A DNA stretch of 63,990 nt, counting the filler, from Aduncisulcus paluster (lineage: Eukaryota): assembly GCA_024181965.1 (NCBI GenBank). It is 9 parts of 9 records of this genome, joined end to end, with 100 filler letters (N's around TTAATTAATTAA, not from the genome) between each part and the next. Parts side by side here need not be neighbours in the genome. Positions count along the whole stretch, not along the records: positions 21,475 to 41,118 come from BQXS01000045.1; 8 more parts are not named here. One strand, written 5' to 3'. Numbering within the stretch: position 1 is the stretch's first letter; the number at the start of each line of letters is the position of its first letter. The notes under the pieces were generated by a model. The model was given only the letters and a program-made list of their open reading frames with translations. It was not told where the DNA came from and searched no databases. The position numbers and the translations under genes were made by a program. This document shows, piece after piece, positions 21,475 through 34,400 of the stretch.

Positions 21475-23761
21475 TCACCACCCTTGTCATTTCAATTCCT
21501 GATTCTCAAAATGTTGTGCCAACGATGCATAATTTGGAAACACTCACCATTGCCGATACAACTATTACTTCCATTCCAGATCTTTCGAACAGTGCCGACA
21601 AACTCACATTCCTAAATATTTCCAATACAAGTGTGTCATCTCTTGTTGAAGCTGGAACTCTGTCAAACCTTGAGACGATCAAATTTCTTGATTGTCATGT
21701 TTCAGATCTCTCTCCATTGTACCATTTGTCGTCCCTCACATCTGTTCATGGAACTGGGAACAATATCTGTGTTGGTTCTGCAGAAACCATAGAAACGATC
21801 AAATTGAAGTTTGTCTCCCATGCCAGCCTTACGCTTGATCTTTGGACAACCTTAAGTACTGACCAAGCCTGTGAATGTTCCTCTGCTGACCTTGGAACGA
21901 CCCCTATCGCTGACAATCTTATATGCAGTGAAACCAAGCCTTGGTCTAACACATGGTATGTTGTGTGTGCCAGTGATTCATACACGTCATACACATCTGC
22001 TGAGGACTTTTCATGCACTCAGCCAGATTCATCCACCACGAACTGTTCTGGAGGGTGTGAGTATGGATATGAGTGTAGATATCTTGGTGATGAAGAGATT
22101 AGTGGTGTTTCTTATTCTACTGGAGAGTGTCAGCAAGTGATCGTCGATGAGAACTTGCATGATTGTGTTGCTGATATGTTTGTGGATTCTGATGGAAATG
22201 ATGATTATTCCCATCGAACAAACTCCACGCCATCACTTTTCAGTGTGGCCTCCTTGAAGACTCTTGTTACCAATAATCAAGGGGGACATCTGCGGTACAC
22301 GAGTTCCTCCAACTTCATCAGCGATATCTCTGGGATTGAACATCTTGCTTTTGTTACATATATCTCTATTATGTATATTGATGTTTTAAGTCTTAATGAT
22401 CTCGAACTCATGTCAACTCTAACTAACCTCAAGGATCTTTATCTACAAAGTTATCAGTATGCCCCTACAACCTTCGATTTTCCAGATTTCACCCTTCTTT
22501 CTGATCTTGATATTTTGTTTATTTATAATGCATCTGTGACCTTCCCTGCAGATCAATATGTTCTACCTTCTTCTCTCAAAATATTATCCATTTCAAAATG
22601 TGATATATCTCAAGCAGGTTTTGAAAAGAATGTCAGTGATCTTGTCAATCTTGAAACACTCAATATATCAAACACTTCCATATCTTTCCCCTCGGATCGA
22701 TATGTTGTTCCACCAACGATTAGAAACTTGGATATATATGGCACATCTATCGATCAAGCTGGATTTGATAAGAATGTTGGTTACGATTACATCTCATCTC
22801 TTGAATATTTACATTTTGGAGGAGAAGATAATTTGATCACTTCCATTGAATCGTTGTCAGAGGACCAACTTTCGACTATCACCACCTTTTCTTTCTATGA
22901 TTATCCCATTTATGATGGGTTTAATGATGTTATTTCTGAAATGACATGTTTAGAGCGGTTGTATTTGGCCAATTGCAATCTGCTGACTATTCCTGATCTT
23001 TCAAATAGTGCTACTACTTTGAGAAAGCTTTATATTTACTCCAACTCCGATATTACATCCTTGGTTCCATTATCTAGGATTGAATTTGATTCACTTCAGT
23101 CCATTTCCATAAATGATTGTTCCATTTCTGATCTCTCTCCTTTGTATGATTTCCCCAACATATCGAATATTAATTGTTCTAGCAACAATATATGTTTTGG
23201 ATCAGAGAGTATCTCTGAGCTTCAGGACAAGTTTACCCAATCATCTGGCATTTCTTTCTCTGTGGGATCACAAAGTTGTGAATGTTCCTCAGTTGATCTC
23301 GGCTCGACTCCTATCACTGACAATCTTGTGTGCAGTGAGACAAAGCCTGGATCTAACACATGGTATGTTGTGTGTGCCAGTGATTCATACACGTCATACA
23401 CGTCTGCTGAGGACTTTTCATGCACTCAGCCAGATTCATCCACCACGAACTGTTCTGGAGGGTGTGAGTATGGATATGAGTGTAGATATCTTGGCGATGA
23501 AGAGATTAGTGGTGTTTCTTATTCTACTGGAGAGTGTCAGCAAGTGATCGTTGATGAGAACTTGCATGATTGTGTTGCTGATATGTTTGTGGATTCTGAT
23601 GGAAATGATGATTATTCCCATCGAACAAACTCCACGCCATCACTTTTCAGTGTGGCTTCCTTGAGGACTCTTGAATCTGATCTGGACATTGACACTGATG
23701 AGTATTCGCCTCTTCTCTCATGCTCCAACTCTACTTCGCCCATCAGTGTTTTATCTGGTCT
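21475..23761 (+). CDS. LRR/Cys-rich surface protein, internal fragment
   Basis: LRRs (IPDLSNSADKLTFLNIS, SDLSPLY) alternate with a repeated Cys-rich module; open at both ends. Confidence 0.85.
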
Positions 23762-23863
23762 NNNNNNNNNNNNNNNNNNNNACTTCTACCCCCTAGTCAT
23801 TACTTGTGTGCATTGGTTAAAAATAGATATTTTGATTGGGTCTGTTATATTTGTTTTGGCGAT

Positions 23864-25051
23864 ATGGGGAAGATCTCTGTTTCTAAATTTATTAATCTTC
23901 TACTCGAAGAAACCGTTTCAATCGTTGAAAAGGTTGAAGGTTCAGAGAAAAGTGATGATTTGAGACGAAGTGTCCTTGCTGAAAAAAAGCCCACAGCAGC
24001 CTTTGAAATCTTGTTAGAAAAGTTAGAATTGTTTTTCATGCAAAAATTTGACTTCCTTCAAATTGAATTCGTCTTCGAAAAACTGTTGATTGCCTTCACC
24101 CACATCCAATATCTGGATGATTTTACTAACACAATATTCTCAACAAAATATCTTTCAATTGCCCAAAAAACAAAATATATGTACCATTTCCTTTTTGCCT
24201 TAACCAATGAAGACAAAGGAACTGTTGTCGTTGGGAGAATTATCCCTAATTTCGTCAAACTCTTGAAATCTGGCCTTGAAGAAGGGGAATTGATCTTCTT
24301 CTCCAATGTCCTTCAATGCGTTCATTCTAATAATAGAGTTATGGAGCATGTTGATGATGAAACAAAGAAGTTTCTCAGGAACTGTGTTGTGACTGCTGTG
24401 ATGAGTCTTCCTCTCGAAAGAATTCCATTTGAACCCATAGAATATCTTATTTCTGAGAAAGAGTTCAGCGCTGCTGTTTTATTGCTCTTGGGCGAGACCA
24501 GTTCCAAACGTTCTCCTACTCAAATTGTTGGGATTCTTAATAAGATATGGAAGATGCCTGGAGGGAAGGATGCCTGCTCTAAGGGACTCCAGAGCATTGT
24601 TGAAATGTTGTTAACACCCCCAGACTCCTTTTCAGAAGCTTGCAAGAAGTTTTCAGACATGTTTGAAATGGCCAAGGATGCTCAAAAGAGTGCCGCTGGA
24701 AAAGTTGTTAAATGCTCGACTTACACTTATGTCGCATGCCCTATCTTTGCCTCTGGGTTTATTATCCCTCTGTGTATCGGTATTGTTGATATTTTGAGTC
24801 ATGTGCGTGTGATGCCCGAAAATTCCGTCAAATTGGCCGAACTTGAAAAAGAAACTGGCGTTAATATTGATCAAATAATGGATTTCATATTCAACACCAC
24901 CATTATCTTTGGTGATTTTGTTGGTGTTGACGTTCAAGAAGAGAGTCTCTTTGTGTCCAAATCTGATTATAGAACAATGACTGAAAAACACTGGAGCCTC
25001 GTTGAGAAGGTTCTTAAAGAGGAACAGAAGAAATGGAGTGATTCTCAGTAA
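23864..25051 (+). CDS. Hypothetical helical protein (395 aa)
   Basis: Long ORF from ATG 23864; no recognised motif. Confidence 0.7.
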   Translation: MGKISVSKFINLLLEETVSIVEKVEGSEKSDDLRRSVLAEKKPTAAFEILLEKLELFFMQKFDFLQIEFVFEKLLIAFTHIQYLDDFTNTIFSTKYLSIAQKTKYMYHFLFALTNEDKGTVVVGRIIPNFVKLLKSGLEEGELIFFSNVLQCVHSNNRVMEHVDDETKKFLRNCVVTAVMSLPLERIPFEPIEYLISEKEFSAAVLLLLGETSSKRSPTQIVGILNKIWKMPGGKDACSKGLQSIVEMLLTPPDSFSEACKKFSDMFEMAKDAQKSAAGKVVKCSTYTYVACPIFASGFIIPLCIGIVDILSHVRVMPENSVKLAELEKETGVNIDQIMDFIFNTTIIFGDFVGVDVQEESLFVSKSDYRTMTEKHWSLVEKVLKEEQKKWSDSQ

Positions 25052-25358
25052 TTGTAACCCATATAGAATTTGAAGAAATCTCTTGCAAACAAATGTCCAG
25101 AGTACAAACTAACTTTATTATGAATAGGATTAGCTGTTGGGAAAGTAAAAATAGATTTTGAGATGGACGATTTCGATGGTAAAACTCATTTTATCCGGTT
25201 TTAGCTGCCAGCTAATCCAGTGGATTTATGATTGTGGCCGAATAACATCACAACTTAGCATTAATCAATTAACAAATTCCAAGGAAAATAACACTTGTTT
25301 TAGCACATATCTATTGTTGTTTGAATTACACCACTACATAAAAAATAACGGATAAATT

Positions 25359-25429
25359 TGCGCCCACCGGGATTCGAACCCGGGCCGTCACGATGGAAAC
25401 GTGATATCATACCCCTAGACTATAAGCGC
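25359..25429 (-). tRNA. tRNA-Gly (anticodon TCC)
   Basis: Minus strand GCGCTTA...TGGGCGC-A acceptor stem, TCACG-TTTCCAT-CGTGA anticodon arm, CCGGG-TTCGAAT-CCCGG T arm. Confidence 0.95.
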
Positions 25430-25585
25430 CTGATAAAAATCGTTAATTTTATAATCCATAGAAATATAATTTTGAATGTTTTTCTTTTTCGCTTTTAAAA
25501 CCCATAAATAATCCTACTTTGGTTTGAACATTTATAAACGGAATTTTATTCTCACATAACATATATACAACAATTCCTAGACTTA

Positions 25586-26371
25586 TCACTTATCTTCTTC
25601 CTTCCCCTCTTCCTTTTCATCTTCTTCCAACCAAGGAAGTTTTCCTTCCTCAACAAATTTCATTAATTGCCCGAGTTTCATTTTGAGAGGTCTCAGATGC
25701 GATTCTTTTCTCTCAATTTCAGCTTTTATATCCCGAACTAGTTTCCTATTCTTTCCAATAACGCCATCAAAATATGATTTCATGTCAATTAATTCTTTTT
25801 TTCTTTCTGTTTTCAATGACTCCAATCGTATGCATTCTTTCTTTGACATTTCAAACTGATATTTTGCTTGGTCACGCTGTTTTAAACTTTCTGCAGCGCG
25901 TTTGGCGTACATTCTTATCTGATCATTGGCTTCAATGAGTCTTTTTGCAGCAACTGAACGCATATGAAGTAATTCGGCTTGCTTTTCAGAATCCTTTGAT
26001 CTTTTTTCTGCAATTTTTTTGAGTTCACGTTTCACTTTTGCATTAATATTTTCTTGCTCCAGGTTATGAGCTTTCTTTTCTGCTATTGAAAGTTTATATT
26101 CTTGTATTTTGTCTGTCAATATTCTGAGATTCCTGTCAACAGTATCTAATTCCCGTGAAAGGGCTTCATCTTCTTTCTGAAGGGCTTCTAGCCGTGCATC
26201 TTCTCCAAAAATATCAGCTCCGCTATATGTATCCATTCCAAGATCTTCACCCGCCTCTCGTTGTTTTTGGAGAATATTAAGGGCCATTCCAGCAATATCA
26301 GCACACTCTCCACCCAGAGCACCAAATTCTACGAACTTCATGGCCAAATCCTGGTCATCTTTATCCCCCAT
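25586..26371 (-). CDS. Coiled-coil protein of unknown function
   Basis: 261-aa K/E/L-rich heptad ORF. Confidence 0.8.
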   Translation of the reverse strand: MGDKDDQDLAMKFVEFGALGGECADIAGMALNILQKQREAGEDLGMDTYSGADIFGEDARLEALQKEDEALSRELDTVDRNLRILTDKIQEYKLSIAEKKAHNLEQENINAKVKRELKKIAEKRSKDSEKQAELLHMRSVAAKRLIEANDQIRMYAKRAAESLKQRDQAKYQFEMSKKECIRLESLKTERKKELIDMKSYFDGVIGKNRKLVRDIKAEIERKESHLRPLKMKLGQLMKFVEEGKLPWLEEDEKEEGKEEDK

Positions 26372-26739
26372 TGTAAAAACTTCTTTTTATCCTTTGTATA
26401 GTTAAAAGTACGTATTAAGTTGGTTAATAAATGAAATTTTGATCACTATAAAATAATAGTATCAATCCAAAACAGATTTAAAGGACAATTTTTTCGCAAA
26501 ACAGAAAATGATTTTAATAATCTCATATTATTAGCAAATATATGATATCCTTTCCATTTAAATATATTTTATGCTTTTAATTTTTTTCGCAGTTCCCCTA
26601 TTACTAACGGAAACAAATCCTTTATTTTGGGAGGATATATTCAAAGTTGACAATAAGTTTTGCCTCTATTTGCATTGATTTTGTGTTATTGATTTAGTTT
26701 ATCCTTCGTTTTTCATATTTATCGTTTCTTACTTGACTT

Positions 26740-27444
26740 ATGCCAAAGCAATCAAAGCGTGGGGGTTCTAGCAAGTTTTCCCAGAAATTGCGTTCGAAAA
26801 AGCTTGAATTTGAAACAAAAAAGAAAGATAAGGGCATTGGGCAATCCCTTAAACCTTCTCTTAATCAGAAATATAGGAGAATCATGGAGCATTCCAATCT
26901 TAAAGGAACTCTTACTGTAGATACTCAACCGACTATTTGCATGCCGTTTCTTAAAACTGGGCGTTGTCCCTTTGGAGATGCTTGTATTTATGCACATGTA
27001 CGTGATCGAGTTGTAAGTTCAGCTGACTTGTCTCGCCGAGAGCGAATTATCCAAAAAGAGCTTGATGAGATAAAAGATGCTCACAGTTGCACTAGACCTG
27101 AGTCATCCATTCTACGTTCCTCTTCATCTTCATCCTCCGCTTCTTCATCCTCTTCTTCCTCTTCAAAAATATACAAACCCCAAGATCTCCAACCCGACTC
27201 CCATATATGCCCTATCTGTAAATCATTAGTTCAAGAACCTGTGAGTGGGGATTGTGGCCATGTTTTTTGTTTTGAATGTCTTCAAGAAGGTTGTCATGGT
27301 TCTTCATCAGTTAAGTGTCGTTTGTGTTCATCTCTCATAGAAATGCCAACAATTCGCTTCTTAGCTGACAAAGATTTATGGTCGCCAACATTGAAGAGTG
27401 AAGGTGACTCTCATGACTCATCTCCGGTAAAAAAAAGAGAATAA
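26740..27444 (+). CDS. CWC24: Pre-mRNA splicing factor Cwc24/RNF113A (CCCH finger plus RING)
   Basis: DTQPTICMPFLKTGRCPFGDACIYAH matches the [26 protein letters not shown] family motif; C3HC4 RING CPIC..CGHVFCFEC..CRLC. Confidence 0.85.
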   Translation: MPKQSKRGGSSKFSQKLRSKKLEFETKKKDKGIGQSLKPSLNQKYRRIMEHSNLKGTLTVDTQPTICMPFLKTGRCPFGDACIYAHVRDRVVSSADLSRRERIIQKELDEIKDAHSCTRPESSILRSSSSSSSASSSSSSSSKIYKPQDLQPDSHICPICKSLVQEPVSGDCGHVFCFECLQEGCHGSSSVKCRLCSSLIEMPTIRFLADKDLWSPTLKSEGDSHDSSPVKKRE

Positions 27445-27750
27445 TTTTTCTATTACGATATCAGATTTGATTATTTTCTCAAAAATATTCTATTATCGGT
27501 GATTTGAAACCGATTAAAGAAATATGTTAAATTGAATGTTTATTGTAATCCTCTTCAGCTGTGGATATATATAAAATAATATTCTTTCACCTTTTCATTC
27601 TTTGAAATGCGTCATTATCCAGTAATATAAGCTATAAGAATCAAGAAAAAGACATCTAAGAATAGAAATATCCAAAACAATAGGGGATTCTTGAGAAAAT
27701 AAAATATCTAGTTTCGATTCTGGTTAGATGTTATCAAATGTCATGAATTA

Positions 27751-28346
27751 TTATTTTTCACCTTCAAATAGTGAACCAAAGTGAGTTGTCCAGGTATCTT
27801 CGGCACATTTCATTACTCTTCTATCATATTCTTCACGATCGTGTTCATATAGTCTCGCAGCTTCACAATTAGCAGGAGAAGAGCAGTTTGGCTCAGTTAA
27901 TAATGATTGAATAGCAATAAGAACGGCAACAATATCATATGATGAAACCCATTCATTTTGAAGCAAATCTAAACATATCTTTCCATCAGGATAAACTATG
28001 AAAGAAAAATGATATAAATCACATATAATAAGTAAATAAAGAAAAGAAAAAAAGTTAATCAACACAATTAATCACAATTTAGGCGAGAAATAACAATTGA
28101 TCACATACTATTTGGATGAAATACTTTGGTCACAAATTTAATCTTAGGAGGTTTCATAGGATAATCTTTTGGATATTCAATTGATAAAGGCAGGATAGCT
28201 CCGTCCCATACAGTTTTAGAAGGACCGATGATTGCTGCATGCCATTTAAACATATCTGAAGAAGGTTGGGCATATACTCCAGTCGTTTCTTTCTGGGTTT
28301 TTAAACGTTTATAATCAAGCAAAACTCTTTTTCTGCATTGAGACAT
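27751..28346 (-). CDS. RAD6: Ubiquitin-conjugating enzyme E2, Rad6/UBC2-like; two exons (28346-28109, 27995-27751), 160 aa
   Basis: Splicing a 113-nt GTATGT...CATAG intron restores HPNIYPDGKICLDLLQNEW; N-terminal RKRVLLDYKRL; C-terminal PNCSSPANCEAARLY. Confidence 0.85.
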
Positions 28347-28483
28347 TTGATTCTTTCCCAAAACATGAAATTCTGTCTTTGTTTACACCTGCCAAATAAT
28401 TTGGATTTATTCAGTTTTATTTTGTGGTTACATTTCATTTTATTTATAATTTTCAGATTTATATAATATTTTAGGTTATTAAT

Positions 28484-31400
28484 ATGGGTTTGCGACAAAT
28501 GGAAGCAAAAAACGAGCTATGGTTTGAGCAAGTTCGTTTTATATTTGTACTATGTGATAAATCAAACAAAAATACTATACCTTATTCACAATTCATGCCA
28601 TATTATCAAGCATTTAAGAAAGAAATGGAGGATCAAGGAAAGATAGCTCCTCCGCTAGAATCTCCACCCCCTTCGATCGGTTTGCTTCAAATGGAACTTA
28701 TTCTTACGGCATTTTCTCTTGATGACTTGATTTCTTTTCGGAAACTTATTAATTCTATACTTGTTGCGCAACAAGCTCTGACAACCTCTTGGGTCAGTAT
28801 CATTGAGGTTTGGCGGCGTAAAGTCCGTGGTCTTATTGGAACTCCTGTTTTTAAACATGCGTTATACTTTTTCCCACCCCAAGTCAAGAATTCCATTGAA
28901 ACCTCGATTTCCTTCAAAGATATCATACCTTCCTCGACTCAAGTATCTTCAATCCCGACTCATCCGTCCTCTTCGAAACATATCCCGACTCTTCCTTTCT
29001 CCATCCCACTGCGTAGATGTGTCCAATGGTGGGAAGGCCATTCCCTTGAGGATATCTCTTCTTGTGGTGATATGGTGAGCGCTGTCAGTGAGGTATGGAA
29101 GGTTTTATGCTCTGTCAAAGAAGTTTGTGTCGATGCCTGCGTCAGAATCCGTGATATTGGATGTTCAAGCGGTGTGGGTCGAGTTGAAGAAGTCTTTGGG
29201 AAAATTAAGGATAAATCTGAACGTTCAGCCGGATCAAATCGAAGAGAATTCGATTGGGAAGTGTGGAAACATTGGGATGGTGACATTCAGCGTGAACGTG
29301 CTATCCGTGGTCGAGGAGGAGCGTCCACCCTCACAGGGGCTGCTGGCGGTGCATTTGTCAATGATATCAGGAAAAAAGTGGGTCAATTTGAAACAATTGC
29401 CATTGACGATGGTGATCACAGCCCCTCAACTCCAACCCATCACTCGATCCCTCGTCATTCACATTCTTCTCAGCATTACTCTGATGATCTGAAAACATGC
29501 TCTAATTCATCTGAACAAACAGCTCAAGACAAAGCAGAAGAAGACAAAGCAGAAGAGGAGGAGAGAGAAGAAGAGAGGAAAGTGGGTGAGTCTTCCCCAA
29601 GTAAGCAAGATACTGTGAAGAGAGAGAAAGAAATAACGACAAGTGAGAAGCAAGAAAAAGGTAATAAGACATCCAATATTGATGCCCAAGAAGGTGAAGA
29701 AGAAGATTTCTCTGGGTTTTCTGATGGTTTTGACACTTCCTTTGGCTTTTCAAGTGGAACTCCAAGTGGAACTCCCACAAGATCAGCCACACCAAAGCCC
29801 TGTACATCTGTCCCGACAAGCCGTGCCTCTTCCTCTCTCAAAATACATAGATCAGCTCCCCAAGACAGTACTGATGAAGCCGAGGATAGTCATGTCTCAA
29901 GCACTTCTTCAAACACAAAGACACAAGACACACGAATGGTGAAAGAGAAAGAGAATGATTCAACCATCATTCGCAATCAACCTGCTGTAAAACCAATAGA
30001 TTTAGATTCAGCCAACACAGCTGCTGAAGCTGATGAAGGAGATGGAAAGGATGGTGTACACGGGCCAACTACCACCATTACAACAGGAACAGTGGATACA
30101 ATAGAGGATAGGGTTAGTGGCGATGGTGCAACTCATCCTACTCAGGGCACAAATTTAACTTCCCCTATTCCTCACCCTCCATCACTCCCCTCGTCATCGA
30201 GCCTTCGTCCTCTATTTTTATCTCACGCATCAGTGCGAGATCTTTCATCTTGTTCGAATACTCTGATCTCCCTCCTCTCCTCGCTCTTACAGACCGCCAG
30301 ACATGGTTCCGAGGAGATGCGAGAAGTGTGGGGTCTCGTTGTTTGTGGAGAGGGAATGCACATCCTTTCGTGGGCTTATGTGGTCGTCAGTGCCCTTGCT
30401 CTTGTAATCAAGAGAACTCGCGTATGGGATCTTCAACAGGGACAACACGAGCAGATAACACAGCCAGATGGTGCAACTATGGGCATTATCGGAGGTCAGG
30501 GTGACTCTATGACATTGTTTCAGACTGGTCACACAACTGGAAAGGGCCACCCACAATCAAGAGGGAGGTCCTCTTCGTCTCTCTCTTCTCTCTCGTCTTG
30601 CTCTCGCTCAACATCACCATCTATGACTGGAATGCATCAATATTCAACGACATGCTCATGTTCTTTGTGTTCTTCTCTCTTTTCTGTCTCGATCAAGCTT
30701 CATTCTCTTGCTTCAGATGTTGTATCACTTCTCACATATGCTATGAGATATCATATGCACAATAATATTGCATTAGACACGGTGCGTGAGAGTGTATGGG
30801 CTTGGGCTGGGATGGGACGATCATATGAATGGCAGACAAATGGAACTTTCTCAGAAGATTCTAAAAATAGTGGTAGGGATGTGGGAAGTGACATCGAGGG
30901 TCAAAGTACTCTTATGGAGTTCAAAGAGAAACCTTCCAGGGGTACACATAAGAAATATCGTTCCTCATCTGCCTCTCATAAAAAGCAGCTTAAACGTTCA
31001 GGTTCAGCAAGCACATTCAGTGTTCCACTCTCTCCTGCCCGTTTCTCAGCCTCTACGTTACTTGCTCAACCCTTGTCACCAATCATGACACAGCAAGAAC
31101 GAGCAAAGAAACAATCCATCCAAGCTGGTGGGTCTAAGGATCTTAGCGATGCACATTCCAGGTACATTCTCCCTCTAATTCTGACTATTCCGCTTCCCCA
31201 TGCCGATAAACTCCTTGATGGAATCATCAACGTCGAGCGGGAACGCTTGAAGATGGAAAAGAGACCGAGACGTGCCATTGCGAGAAAGAAAAGCCTTCTT
31301 GGTCGGATGGTGTATGATGGAACAAGGTTAGACTCAGATGAAGGAATCGGAGATGGTATGAAGCAGAATGAAGCAGAATCTAGACACTCAAATCAACATG

Positions 31401-34400
31401 GAAGTGGCTCTTCGTGGGAAATATTCCCATTTGTGAGTTCAATCCCATCTCTACAACCTTCTGGGCGAAGATCACGTTCCCAGAGCCCCTTCTCTCGACA
31501 TTCGTATGTTAAGCTTCCACCTGTGCATCCTTCTCTCTCTATTGCTCGCTTCACTCTCCCGTCACTAATTCATGTATTCACTCACACGACGGATAGCTAT
31601 CTACGAGAGAGCATTGGGGAGTTGATTGTTCTCTCCCACGCAGAAAGAGAAGCTGATCCTGATGCCTTGGATAATGAACCTGAGACACAAACCCCTCATG
31701 GTGAACAAACTCTGCCTATATCGCCGAGGAACAAGAAAGATACAGCGTCCCCTCAGCATGTCAATACTGATCAACTCATTGACGATGCTCCTGTCATTCC
31801 TAAACGGGGTTCTGTTTCATCTCGAAGGATAAGAGAGCAAGCAACAGATGTAATGGAACAGAGAGGAGCTGTGTTGCGGATGCTCCTTGAACTTAGTGTG
31901 GCAATGGGATCATTCTCATCGTCTGCTTCTTCTGATAAAACTAAAAATAGAAATAGACAATCGACTGCAACCGGTTCAAACCGGGAAGAGGAGGATGTGG
32001 TTGAGCATGCTCCTGGGCATCCCTTCTCACATTCCTCTGTTCAAACCCAAAGACTCATACCTGAGGTTCCTCCTCCTCCTCCCCCTCTTCCCGATGGTCT
32101 TAAGCATCAGGTTCCCAATGGAAGGAGTGTTTCTAACTTCAGAGGGAAAGTCGAAGCCAAGAAATTAGTTTCTGAAGCAACAAAAGCTAGTGAAGCTAAC
32201 CATACAACTGGTGGAGATGAGNNNNNNNNNNNNNNNNNNNNGGGATCATTCTCATCGTCTGCTTCTTCTGATAAAACTAAAAATAGAAATAGACAATCGA
32301 CTGCAACCGGTTCAAACCGGGAAGAGGAGGATGTGGTTGAGCATGCTCCTGGGCATCCCTTCTCACATTCCTCTGTTCAAACCCAAAGACTCATACCTGA
32401 GGTTCCTCCTCCTCCTCCCCCTCTTCCCGATGGTCTTAAGCATCAGGTTCCCAATGGAAGGAGTGTTTCTAACTTCAGAGGGAAAGTCGAAGCCAAGAAA
32501 TTAGTTTCTGAAGCAACAAAAGCTAGTGAAGCTAACCATACAACTGGTGGAGATGAGTTAAAGAAACTGATGCAACAAAACATTCAAGATATTGCAAAGA
32601 AAACATTCTCGTCGTGTGTGTATTTGATTAAACCGAGTGATGTTTCCCATATCTTGTGTGTTCAGAACAGTGAGATTCCATATTTTATTCATTGTAAATA
32701 TATTGCAAGGATCATTGATCTTATCGTGTCTGGCGTGAGTACGTGTCTTCGTGAGGATAGCAAAGTACAGCGATTCTCACTTGGGCATACTACTCACCCT
32801 CTGGCAAGTGCTGGATCATTCCCTGCTCAATCAGCAGCTTCAACATCGCTATCGGCGACTTCGTTGACTCGGATGCCACATCTCCACACACATACAAAGC
32901 TCCTTACCGATCTTCTTCGGCATGTTGTCCATGATTCTTCAGGGGCAAGCGCACTCTATCACATGGTCAATGCGGCTGTCTTCTTTGAAAATCATGTCAA
33001 AAGGAGAGGACTCACAGGATTTTTGTGGAGAGTTGTGTCGGCAATTCTTCCATTAGCATCGAATAATCTTCCTGATGAATCGTTGGGAGTAATTCGCCAA
33101 GCTCTAAGAAATGCATCTGTTTCTCAATCTATTTTTGGAATAAGTGTTATACATTGTGCTCGAGCTCTTGTGTGTCTCAGATCCTTGGTTTTGAGTGGGA
33201 TCCTTCAGCTTCGAGGACAATGCTCTGCATTGTATGCTGAAAGTCATGGATTCGAGCGTTCTGATATATTATATTCCATTTCTGAAGTTCTTCCTCTCTG
33301 TGTTGGTGGCAGTGCTATTGGAATACGGGAATTGAGTGAAGGAATCCGAGATTGGGCTGACTGTTCCATCATTGCTCAAGCTCTTGGTCCAGCTTCGATG
33401 GCAACAAAGTATTTGCTCCCTAAATTACAACATAACTCTTCTGGTATGCCCACAATCAGCCGCCTTGCTTCATATTCGTCACTTTCAATGTCCAGTGTGT
33501 CTTCCCCAAGGTCGAAACCGTACGTCTCTCTTGAAGAACGCCTATTGACGGAGCCTGACACCATTATTCCGTCAATTTTACTCTCATCTCTGCGATTGTT
33601 CCTTTTGTCTGCTTCCCATCTTCATTTCCACAGTAATTGTGTTCGTGTCTGTGGCACTGACGGTATTCGAATTGGTGAGAAAACTATTCGCCTTCTCAAT
33701 GTATCCGATGGTGTGTGTTGTACCTCTCGATGGGACGATTCATCAAATTCCAAGCCAGTGCCCGTTGGCATTAGTTCTGGGTGTGAGTGTTTCAACCTGT
33801 CTCCGAAGAGTGCGTGTGATCATGTGTGTGACTGTATGAGGATGTTACGACTGAGATGTGATGTCATGATGATTGAGAAAGAAAGGGCGAAGAGGAAAGG
33901 CGAGAGGAAAGATGACGAGGTGACGACATCCCAAGCATCTGAAAGGTGTGTGATTTCCGTCGATGAACTCTTTGATGATCCTATTTTTGGTCATTACATG
34001 ATAATGTTGCTCGGATTTTGTGTGTATTTGAAAGGACAACCCATTGAGACTGCCTGCAATTGGTTGAAAAGGAGATGCGTGAACATTATGGAAGAACAAG
34101 GCTGTGGACGTGGAGATGATGGGACTGTTTTTATCAGAGAACTTTCCCATTGTGTTTGCGAACAAGAATGCTCAGACTTCCACGATAACGGGGCGTTAAA
34201 TGTCACAAATATTGCTCCTTCGACAGCCGTTCACTCATTCGTGAATGATTCAAAGCTCAAACAATCATCAGAACGCTTTCCGAAGATTAAAAATTTGCTT
34301 TCTCGGTCAATTCGGCCACCCTCTCTTTCTAACACGAGTCTTGAGCATACTTATGGAAATTCCCTCGAATTGCCAGAAAAAGAGGTTATTGACGATATTA

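Noticed and set aside
23720-23963. Fusion of the LRR gene to the downstream ORF
   Set aside because: The ORFs read through Ns; sequence after the gap is unrelated and has its own ATG at 23864.
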